From Paragordius varius (lineage: Eukaryota; Animalia; Nematomorpha): a stretch of 64,000 nt of DNA. The stretch spans positions 1,798,001-1,862,000 of the forward strand of contig OZ176050.1 of assembly GCA_964247055.1 (NCBI GenBank). Direction: 5' to 3'. Made by a program: the position numbers and the translations under genes. The notes below the pieces were generated by a model that did not search any database, had not been told where the DNA came from, and worked only from the letters and a program-made list of their open reading frames with translations. Positions 29,001-38,662 of this stretch are shown in pieces (position 1 is the stretch's first letter; every line of letters begins with the position of its first letter).

Positions 29001-32000
29001 TTAGTAAGACTACATCAAAATATAGAGATAGTTTGACAAACTCTTTCATATCCGATTTTTACAACGATACTCTAAAAATTAATGTATAAAACTAGTCGCA
29101 TCAATACTCAAGTTAAACTTTGTCCTTAAAAATCGGATATTGGTCACCGGTGAACAAAACTATTTTTATACATTCTCTTAGTAAGACTACATCAAAATAT
29201 AGAGATAGTTTGACAAACTCTTTAATATCTGATTTTTACAACGATACTTTAAATAATGTATAATTTAGCATACGACAATAAGCAACTTAAACTTTGTCCT
29301 TAAAAATCGGATATTGGTCGCCGGTATGATAAATTAATTTTTATACATTCTCTTAGTAGGACTACATCAAAATATAGAGATAGTTTGGCAAACTCTTTCA
29401 TATCCGATTTTTACAACGATACTTTAAAAATTAATGTATAAAACTAATCGCATCAATACTCAAGTTAAACTTTGTCCTTAAAAATCGGATATTGGTCACC
29501 GGTGAACAAATTATTTTTTATACATTCTCTTAGTAAGACTACATCAAAATATAGAGATAGTTTGACAAACTTTTTAATATCTGATTTATACAGCGATACT
29601 TTAAAAATTAATGTATAAATTAGCATACGACAATAAGCAACTTAAACTTTGTCCTTAAAAATCGGATATTGGTCGCCGGTAAAGAAAATAATGTTTTATA
29701 CATTCTCTTAGTATGACTACATCAAAATATAGAGATAGTTTGACAAACTCTTTCATATCCGATTTTTACAACGATACTTTAAAAATTAATGTATAAAACT
29801 AATCGCATCAATACTCAAGTTAAACTTTGTCCTTAAAAATCGGATATTGGTCACCGGTGAACAAATTATTTTTTATACATTCTCTTAGTAAGACTACATC
29901 AAATATAGGGATAGTTTGGCAAACTCTTTCATATCCGATTTTTACAACGATACTTTAAAAATTAATGTATAAAACTAATCGCATCAATACTCAAGTTAAA
30001 CTTTGTCCTTAAAAATCGGATATTGGTCACCGGTGAACAAATTATTTTTTATACATTCTCTTGGTAAGACTACACAAAATATAGAGATAGTTTGACATAC
30101 TCTTTCATATCCGATTTTTACAACGATACTCTAAAAATTAATGTATAAAACTAGTCGCAACAATACTCAAGTTAAAGTTTATCCTTAAAAATCGGATATT
30201 GGTCACCGGTGAACAAAACTATTTTTTATACATTCTCTTAGTATGACTACATCAAAATATAGAGATAGTTTGACAAACTTTTTAATATCTGATTTTTTCA
30301 GCGATACTTTCAAAATTAATGTATAATTTAGCATACGACAATAAGCAACTTAAACTTTGTCCTTAAAAATCGGATATTGGTCGCCGGTAAAGAAAATAAT
30401 GTTTTATACATTCTCTTAGTATGACTACATCATAATATAGAGATAGTTTGACAAACTCTTTCATATCCGATTTTTACAACGATACTTTAAAAATTAATGT
30501 ATAAAATTAATCGCATCAATACTCAAGTTAAACTTTGTCCTTAAAAATCGGATATTGGTCACCGGTGAACAAATTATTTTTTATACATTCTCTTAGTATG
30601 ACTACATCAAAATATAGAGATAGTTTGACAAACTTTTTAATATCTGATTTTTTCAGCGATACTTTCAAAATTAATGTATAATTTAGCATACGACAATAAG
30701 CAACTTAAACTTTGTCCTTAAAAATCGGATATTGGTCGCCGGTAAAGAAAATAATGTTTTATACATTCTCTTAGTATGACTACATCAATATATAGAGATA
30801 GTTTGACAAACTCTTTCACATCCGATTTTTACAACGATACTTTAAAAATTAATGTATAATTGCATACGACAATAAGCAAGTTAAACTTTGTCCTTAAAAA
30901 TCGGATATTGGTCGCCGGTAAAAAAAATAATTTTTTATACATTCTCTTAATATGACTACATCAATATATAGAGATAGTTTGACAAACTCTTTCACATCCG
31001 ATTTTTACAACGATACTTTAAAAATTTATGTATAAAACTAGTCGCATCAATACTCAAATTAAATTTTGTCCTTAAAATTCGGATATTGGTCACCGGTGAA
31101 CACAACCATTTTTTATACATTCTCTTAGTAAGACTACATCAAAATATAGAGATAGTTTGACAAACTCTTTAATATCTGATTTTTACAGCGATACTTTAAA
31201 AATTAATGTATAATTTAGCATACGACAATAAGCAACTTAAACTTTGTTCTTAAAAATCGGATATTGGTCGTCGGTAAAGAAAATTATTTTTTATACATTC
31301 TCTTAGTAGGACTACATCAAATATAGAGATAGTTTGACAAACTTTTTAATATCTGATTTATACAGCGATACTTTAAAAATTAATGTATAAACCTATTCGT
31401 ATCAATACTCAAGTTAAACTTTGTCTTTAAAAATCGGCTATTGGTCGTCGATGAACAAAATTATTTTTTCTCATAGTAAACTACATCAAAATATAGGGAT
31501 AGTTTGACAAACTCTTTCATATCTGATTTTTACAACGATACTCTAAAAATTAATGTAAAAAATTAGTCGAATCAATACTGAAGTTAAACTTTGTCCTTAA
31601 AAATCGTATATTGGTGGCCGGTGAACAAAATTGTTACTTATACTTTCTCTTAATAAGACTACATCAAATTATAAAGATAGTTTAACAAACTCTTTCATAT
31701 CTGATTTTTACAACGTTTCTTGAAAAATTAATGTATAATTTAGGATGCGACAATACTCAAGTTAAACTTTGTCCTGAAAAATCGGATATTATTCGCCTTA
31801 TTTTTTATAGATTCTCTTAGATACATATAGTTTAACAAACCTTTTCATATCAGATTTTTACAACGATACTTTAAAAATTAATGTGTAAAACTAGTCGCAT
31901 CAATACTTAAGTTAAACTTTGTCCTTAAAAATCGGATATTGGTCGTCGGTGAACAAAATTATTTTTTATAGATTCTCTTAGTAAAACTACATCAAAATAT

Positions 32001-32064
32001 AGAGATAGCTTGACAAACTCTTTCATATCTGATTTTTAAAACGATACTTTAAAAATTAATGTAT

Positions 32065-33345
32065 CTAAAAAATAAAAAAAATTATAACATAATCTTTTCG
32101 TCCTTGTCGTGGATTTATCAGATCTTCTAAATTTCTGTTTTATAAGGCCTCTCCTTGATTACTATGAACCCTTATTCAATTGTAGACTAATGTAACGATC
32201 TCCATATGTTGCTGTTATAAATAATAATTAGTCCCAAAGAAGCTATTCATCATTGAATATATTTAATTTTTTTATTTTTTAGATGATTTGCGTATTATTC
32301 CCAGGAAGAATTACAAAGAGCCGGCCATTGAATTATTATTCTTATACAAATATTAATATTATTTACTATTATATAACATAATTTTTAAATGTCAAACATT
32401 AATATGAAATTATATTTATATTCACTTAAAAACATTAGTCTTTTCATTATCTGCCTATCTTATTTGATACACCTGATATAGTAAAAAAGCACAAATGGAA
32501 ATAGATTAAATATATATGGATTTATTTAGCCTATTATAATTTTTAAATTGATGACGAATTTATTTATGTTTATTCTCTCTATCACTAATAATTATAGAAA
32601 AATTGGTATGTTAGAAAATTATTTATGTTTAATAAAAATAATATAATATTTATTTGTAAACTAGCTTGAATCTCGTGCTGCTACGCAGCCCGAATAATGT
32701 TTTAATATCCATATATCTTTTAACATGCTATACATATGATAGATACTCCACTCAGCATCTATCATCAAAGAAACGCTTGACTAAAATTTTTGCCTTTTAA
32801 CAGGCAATACGAAAAATCTTTCTTGAATTTTTACGGTCTCATACCTAGGGCGAAAAATCGATTTAAAAAATTATTTTTGTGGACTTTGTAGAAAAAGGTG
32901 GCATTTTACGGGGGGAGCGGGTAAAAAGAGGGCCTAAATCAAAAAAGTGGCTCGGCTATGTTCGGCGCAATCGAAAATAAGTAAACAAAAATCATATTTG
33001 AAATTGAATGGTCCAACACGTTCTCCGGAAAATTGTCTCAAAGACACGATTTTTGTGGACTTGTGTTTTCAAAAAAAACCCGTTTTTCATACGGGGTGGG
33101 CCCGAACTGGGGGCCTATTTCAAAAAAGGGCGAAGCTATTGTCGGGGCATTCATTAATGATTATATTTTTTCAATGTTTGGATTTTAATGGGTCTACCGG
33201 TTTTCCTGTACCAGATCACAAAGCCAGCGTTTTCCATTTTTATAAATATATAGATTAATGTATTTATAATTTGTTAATTATTGCACAATGCAAATTAGGT
33301 GCGACGTAACACTTGGATGAAAACATTCAATTTCTTTTAAAAAAA
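32065..33345 (+). repeat. Dispersed ~690-bp backbone repeat, copy 1 (interrupted by a Helitron)
   Basis: Colinear with 38362-43219 once insertions are removed (shared ATAATCTTTTCGTCCTTGTCGT, TTCCCAGGAAGA-TTACAAAGAGCCGGCCAT, GACGTAACACTTGG); roughly 80-85% identity by eye. Confidence 0.85.
32661..33254 (-). mobile_element. Non-autonomous Helitron (~594 bp)
   Basis: Minus strand starts A|TC (33255/33254) and ends CTAG|T (32661/32660); GCTGC-N3-GCAGC hairpin ~12 nt from the 3' end; paralogous empty site TATTTGTAAA|TTAATGTA at ~43125-43142 shows insertion between A and T with no TSD. Confidence 0.85.
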
Positions 33346-33518
33346 CTTATCACTTCTATATAAATAAACTAAATTTAGTCAACAAGACATCAAAGGTTCA
33401 TGAATATAAGAGTTTTAACAATAAACCGTCAAATGCTATTCACCTCTTGAATAAACGAAATAAAGAATAACATCATATGTTGGTTTGATTTAGACATGAT
33501 ATCAAGAAGCGGGCTTAA

Positions 33519-34051
33519 CACTTCGATTCAAATTGGGATATCTAAATACCCAGACTAAATTTGATGTAGGAGTAAAAAATTATTGAAGGAAACGGTCCCA
33601 AATTAAATTTATGCTTCTATCCTTATATAAATTAAATATATATAGCAAAATATCTAACTAAAATTATTATTTGAAAAAAAAGTTCCGCGTCAAACTACTT
33701 CGACGCCATTTTTATTTTACAAAATTTTTGCAAAATATCGTCTTTATTTAATATTAAGGGTAAAATTAAAGCGAATTTTCATTTAATTACTTCTAGCATT
33801 GATTGAAATGGAAAAAGCAGTTTATTTTGTCTTATTTTTCAATTTTACCATTGCAAGCATGTCTTGACGAAATTTTTATTTCTCGGTTTTAGCTCAAAAT
33901 AAGTAATATCACGTATTTTTAAATAAAATTTTTTATATATTTTAGTTTATTAATCTTATATAAGTGCACTTCGATTCCTTCCATATTTTAAATAGGCCTG
34001 GGGTATTTAACACCCCAATTTGAATCGACAAAATGAATGTGTTGCATCGTG
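33519..34051 (+). mobile_element. piggyBac-like MITE, copy 1
   Basis: TTAA|CAC...GTG|TTAA ends; internal inverted repeat GATTCAAATTGGG..TAAATACCC; reverse complement of 42541-43110. Confidence 0.75.
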
Positions 34052-34434
34052 TTAAAAAGATTGAAAGATTAGTAAATTATTGCCATATGAAGATTCTCGT
34101 ATTTTAAATTTCAATTTACCATCCATATATTAAACATTCATTAACAATATAATTGGAAGCAAATAATATATAAAAAATACGTGTTATTCCCTCACATCAT
34201 ATTGTTGGCCCGATGGGGCGATCTTTTTCTAAAATTATAAAAATGTTTATAATATTATTGATACCACATTGCACAAATAAAGATTGATTTTTAATAAAAT
34301 ATATATATCATCATGTATGTCCTTTTGTATTAGGCAATAAAGTGACCACTTTTATGGTATTAACCTCATATTAAAATATGATTTATGAATAATTTACATT
34401 TTTAGGGGAAAATAAATTTTCCAAAATATATCAT

Positions 34435-34709
34435 TGTTAAAAGGGTTATCATCATACGCAAATTATCCTTCTCTTTTTTAGTGCATAATACACTTTGGTC
34501 CTTGTTACGTTAAAAATATATATTACCTTGGTTGTGAATGCAAATTATTTTATTTATACTTATTATCTTTAACAACGTTTAAACCATTATCCTTGTGAAT
34601 GCAATAACCAAATTTCCTAATGTATATAAGGAATCATTGTAACACACAGAACACATTATATTATATTATTCAGTTTTGATGTTATACTAAATAAATAAAT
34701 ATATCCTTT
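34435..34709 (+). mobile_element. LTR, U3-R part (~275 bp), followed by poly(A)
   Basis: First 114 bp identical to the sequence directly after the PPT of the minus-strand pol; TATATAA at 34623-34629; TCAGT Inr-like motif at ~34670; overlapping AATAAA at 34690-34699; A-run at 34710-34731. Confidence 0.85.
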
Positions 34710-34730
34710 AAAAAAAAAAAAAAAAAAAAA

Positions 34731-34844
34731 ATAATTTGCATTCACAACCAAGGTAATATATATTTTTAACGTAACAAGGACCAAAGTGTATTATGCACTA
34801 AAAAAGAGAAGGATAATTTGCGTATGATGATAACCCTTTTAACA
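34731..34844 (-). mobile_element. 3' LTR stub (first 114 bp) of the minus-strand gypsy element
   Basis: Starts TGTTAAAAGGG immediately after the PPT; exact reverse complement of 34435-34548. Confidence 0.9.
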
Positions 34845-34858
34845 TACCTTCTTCCTTA
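34845..34858 (-). promoter_or_regulatory. Polypurine tract (plus-strand primer site)
   Basis: Minus strand reads TAAGGAAGAAGGTA|TGTT, overlapping the pol stop codon and abutting the LTR TG. Confidence 0.85.
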
Positions 34859-37261
34859 AGCTTGATATCGGTCGGGTGGCTTTCGGGATCTAATCGGGTA
34901 CCGGCGAGTTGTGGTAGGAGAAGTGTCACTTGTTTGCACAGGAGTATTCTCACTTGAAGGCGCACTTTCTGATTCCGGATTCTCCTGGATGTTTTCAGGG
35001 GTTCTTATTTCATGTTCCGTGGGATGTTTTCGGAGGTTATTATCATTGTTGTTTAAGTTGTTGGTTAAGTTTTTAGTCTTTTCCTCACTGTTATTATCAT
35101 TGTTGTTTAAGTTGTTGTTTAAGTTTTTAGTCTTTTCCTCACTTCTCCCTTCTTCTCCTTCGGCCGACCAATCCATGCGATTCCTTAATTGATCAGCATG
35201 TTTGCGGATGATTTTGCCATTGTCGTTGACATTGTACGATAACCATCCCGTTCTGTCGACGATTTGTCCCTCCCTCCAACCAGAACACAATTCATTCTTG
35301 ATATATACTTTTTGCCCCTTTTCAAACTCCTGCGGAATGTCGGGAGTATCCATGAACTCGTTGGGTTTCGTTTTCATCCATGTTAATGGGCTTTGCATAG
35401 TTCTTTTTAAAAACAAATGCGCGGGAGTCTCCTTCGTAGAACTGTGATGCGTGTTTCGGTAAGCCCATAAGATTTGGTTTAATCTTCGTACTGGGTCTGC
35501 GGAAAGGTCTGCGGAAAGTGGGGTTGACATTGAATAATGATTTTTTAGAGTGTAAATTACCCTCTCTACCAACCCATTTGTTCGGGGGTGGTAGGGAGCT
35601 GATGTTACGTGTTTTATATTAGAGGAAGCTAAAGTTCTCTCAAACTCCCCCGATTTAAAATATGAGCCGTTATCAGTAACCACCATTTTTGGGTACCCAT
35701 ACCGGCAAAAACAGGTTTCCAAAAACTTAAGGATATTACCGGTATTCACAGAACGTAACGTTTCTACCTCCACCCAGCGGGTGCAATGATCAATTAGTAC
35801 CACCCAGTATAAATTGTCAATGGGTCCAGCGATATCTAGGTGGAGCCGTTCCCATAAGGTTGTATTCTCGTTCCATTGATAGGTGGGATTTTCGGGTATA
35901 TTTGGGCGCAGCCTTTGACAATTTTGGCAACTACGCACCCATTTATCGATATCTTGGCTCAACCCGGGCCAATAAACCTTTTCACGGCTTAATAGTTTCA
36001 TGGCTTGTATTCCCGGATGGCCACTATGCAGGTACCTTAAAATATCTGGCTTAATTTTGTTCGGGATTATTACCCGATCTCCCACAAATAATAGACCGTA
36101 TGCATCCTCAATTTCATTTTTTATTGCTATGAAAGGCTTGACCAGGGGGTCCGTCCAATTATTAGACCTTAGGGCTACTTTTAACTTTGCTATAGTAGGA
36201 TCCTTCATAGACTCTTGATAGATAATTTCTCTATTTAAATTTAATTCGTTGGACCAAATCAAATGAACATTGCTACTTTCATCATCTTTCTCAAACGCCA
36301 TCGGCTCCTGGTTTTCAATGGGGAGTCTCGATAGGCAGTCAGCTATGTTTTCTGTACCAGGGTGATATTCTATGTTGAAATCGAATACCGATGTTCTAGT
36401 TATCCAGCGTACTAGTTTACAATTATTAATTTTACTTAGATCTCTTTGAGGCCCAAATAGTTTCACTAGAGGTTTGTGGTCCGTTTGTATTATAAATTTC
36501 CTGCCATACAAAAAGGTTTTAAACTTCTCTAACGCTATTAGGATAGATTTTGCTTCTCGCTCAATTACTGAATAGTTTCCTTCAGCCTGAGAGCATTTTT
36601 TTGACGTGTAGGCGATCGGGCGATTACCCGCTGTTGTTCTATGTGATAAAATAGCACCGTATCCCGACATTGACGCGTCGGTTTCCAAGACTATAGGTAG
36701 TTTGGGATTATACGGATGCAAGGAACTACTCTGGCAGATCAAGTCTTTAGCTTTTTTGAATATCGAATCATGCGTTAGCGTCCAACACCACTTTTGTTTG
36801 TTACCTGCTAATTTATGTAGTTCTCCCATTAAAATGCTTAGGGAAGGGATGAATTTTGCATGAAAATTAAGTAAACCCAAAAATGATCTAAGAGTGGTTT
36901 TGTTGGTCGGGGTCGGGCACTCTTGGATGGCTTTAATTTTGTTTGGGGAGGGCTTAATGCAATTTTCAGAAATAATGTGACCAAGATATTCTACAGATGG
37001 TTGAAAAAGTTTTATTTTATCTTTGCGCAATTTTAATCCCATTGTCTCCAATTTGGTAAATACCTTTATTAGGTTGTCCTTGTGCTTTGTCTCGGTTTCT
37101 CCTGTCACGATAACGTCATCTAAATAAACGGCTGTACCTGCGCAATCTTTTAATAACTCGTCCATTATTTGTTGAAAGAAACTGGGGGCGCAATTTAACC
37201 CGAAAGGCAATCGTTTATACTTATAAAACCCCTTATGTGTCGAAATTGTTAGTAAGTGCTG
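34856..37261 (-). CDS. pol: Ty3/gypsy Pol, 5'-truncated: RT C-terminal half, RNase H, integrase
   Basis: Uninterrupted frame: QHLLTISTHKGFYKYKRLPFG (upstream of the track's TTG start), YLDD, LETDAS (RNase H), HSGH...CQNC zinc finger, LHLDIAGP / VTDNGSYF / NGLVER (DDE). RT-IN order is gypsy-type. No gag, protease, PBS or 5' LTR. Confidence 0.93.
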   Translation of the reverse strand, partial: QHLLTISTHKGFYKYKRLPFGLNCAPSFFQQIMDELLKDCAGTAVYLDDVIVTGETETKHKDNLIKVFTKLETMGLKLRKDKIKLFQPSVEYLGHIISENCIKPSPNKIKAIQECPTPTNKTTLRSFLGLLNFHAKFIPSLSILMGELHKLAGNKQKWCWTLTHDSIFKKAKDLICQSSSLHPYNPKLPIVLETDASMSGYGAILSHRTTAGNRPIAYTSKKCSQAEGNYSVIEREAKSILIALEKFKTFLYGRKFIIQTDHKPLVKLFGPQRDLSKINNCKLVRWITRTSVFDFNIEYHPGTENIADCLSRLPIENQEPMAFEKDDESSNVHLIWSNELNLNREIIYQESMKDPTIAKLKVALRSNNWTDPLVKPFIAIKNEIEDAYGLLFVGDRVIIPNKIKPDILRYLHSGHPGIQAMKLLSREKVYWPGLSQDIDKWVRSCQNCQRLRPNIPENPTYQWNENTTLWERLHLDIAGPIDNLYWVVLIDHCTRWVEVETLRSVNTGNILKFLETCFCRYGYPKMVVTDNGSYFKSGEFERTLASSNIKHVTSAPYHPRTNGLVERVIYTLKNHYSMSTPLSADLSADPVRRLNQILWAYRNTHHSSTKETPAHLFLKRTMQSPLTWMKTKPNEFMDTPDIPQEFEKGQKVYIKNELCSGWREGQIVDRTGWLSYNVNDNGKIIRKHADQLRNRMDWSAEGEEGRSEEKTKNLNNNLNNNDNNSEEKTKNLTNNLNNNDNNLRKHPTEHEIRTPENIQENPESESAPSSENTPVQTSDTSPTTTRRYPIRSRKPPDRYQA
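35037..35143. repeat. 54-bp in-frame tandem duplication in the integrase C-terminal tail
   Basis: Encodes EEKTKNL(N/T)NNLNNNDNN twice; units start at 35037 and 35091. Confidence 0.9.
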
Positions 37262-38662
37262 AATATTAACTATTTGTCAATCATTTATGTCATAAACTAT
37301 AATAAGAATTTTTTGATAAAAATTAAATGTTTAGATTGGTCTTCCACAATAACCGAGACTGCGCTAAGAATAATTATTATATATTAAATTGTATAAAAAA
37401 GATTATTTCTAAATAAAACTTTCCTCACAAATTGTATCATGTGAGATTTATTGTAGTGATATAAGGTAGTTAGACGTTTTTTAATAAATTCAAAATTTAT
37501 TAATACAGAAGGTGGATTCATTATTAAATAAATTTTAATGTGCGAAAAGTCTAGGAAATTGCTGAATGCATGTTATGATATTAAAATGAAAATGTAACAA
37601 AACCTATATAATTCAATTTTTTCCCAGGATTTTTACACAAATATATGTCTTTTCGATAATATTCTCAACGAATTTTGCGAATTTTCATCCGTGAACCTCG
37701 CTCTATATTTTGATTTTATTATACCAATAAATCAAAAATTGACATCTATAATAGTGAAACATGGTTGTCAATTTAAGCACGTTTATGTATTATCCCTATT
37801 CTCAACATAAACTTATATCCCTAGTTTTTACATTGTTGCATATTTCACTCAGCTATTTACGAATTTCACTTCATTTCATTCCATACAATAACTTTATTAC
37901 GATTAAATAATCATTTATTATTGATCTTTAACAAAAGAAATTTTTTGATATTCTTGGTCATATCTTAGGCCACGTCGAGATAAATTTTCGCCAACTTTTA
38001 TACAATTTTGATCTTAACTACTTCGGGCACACTGTTATATGATCTACTAATTTTATAATATTTTTACCTCGCTTCTTGTTAGTTATTACGTCTAAAGCAA
38101 ACCATTATGAGCTTATTCTTTATTTTGTTAATTAAGAGATGAATAGTATTTGACTGGTTTATTTTTAAATGAACCTTTAGGGCAGTGATGATCTATACCA
38201 TTTATATCTGTTTTTAATCATATATTCATGTTTTACCATTAATGTTTGGCTTTTATAAATTATGTTATATTTTGAATAAAATTAATATGTACAAGAATAA
38301 TAACTCGTTAATGGCGGGCTCCTTGTAATTTTTCGAGGAAATAATACGCAAATTACCTAAAGAATAAAAAAAATTGTAACATAATCTTTTCGTCCTTGTC
38401 GTAATCAGATATTCTAAATTTCTGTTTTATTAGGCACCTCCTTGATTACTAAGAACCCTTATTCAATCGTAGGCTAATGTAACGATCTCCATATTTTGCT
38501 GTTATAACATAATTAGTCCCAAAAATTATATTCATCTTTGAATATATTTAATTTTATTTTTATGTGATTTGCGTATTATTCCCAGGAAGAGTTACAAAGA
38601 GCCGGCCATCGAGTTATTATTCTAATATTAATATTATTTACTATTTTATAACATAATTTTTA

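Larger units (their letters stand above)
1..32064. repeat. Tandem satellite array, ~178-bp monomer, ~180 copies, continues off the left edge
   Basis: Consensus TTTTTACAACGATACTTTAAAAATTAATGTATAAAACTAGTCGCATCAATACTCAAGTTAAACTTTGTCCTTAAAAATCGGATATTGGTCACCGGTGAACAAAATTATTTTTTATACATTCTCTTAGTAAGACTACATCAAAATATAGAGATAGTTTGACAAACTCTTTCATATCCGA (178 nt by count) recurs head-to-tail with no spacers; last recognisable partial monomer ends at ~32064. Confidence 0.98.
34435..37279. mobile_element. Rearranged Ty3/gypsy LTR retrotransposon insertion (sense LTR + A22 + antisense LTR stub, PPT and pol)
   Basis: Begins TG (34435) and ends CA (37278-37279); ATCAT on both sides (34430-34434, 37280-37284); components listed separately. 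Confidence 0.75.

Noticed and set aside
1-32064. CRISPR array
   Set aside because: Monomers are contiguous with no unique spacers, no cas genes are present and the context is eukaryotic.
32947-33258. 103-aa ORF as a Helitron Rep/helicase
   Set aside because: GTG start, no HUH or helicase motif, and the element is far too short to be autonomous.
34435-34844. MITE with 114-bp TIRs
   Set aside because: One arm directly follows a PPT and pol, and the interior has TATA, AATAAA and poly(A), so it is LTR-derived.
34911-36218. Plus-strand ORFs of 64-93 aa
   Set aside because: Antisense shadows of the gypsy pol frame, with no independent motifs.
37208-37210. TTG as the real start of the pol ORF
   Set aside because: RT homology continues in frame upstream (QHLLTISTHKGFYKYKR), so this is a 5' truncation, not a start codon.
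34435-37279. LINE-mediated retrocopy with twin-priming inversion
   Set aside because: Twin priming leaves poly(A) at the end of the insert without duplicating the inverted part; here the A-run is internal and 114 bp are duplicated.
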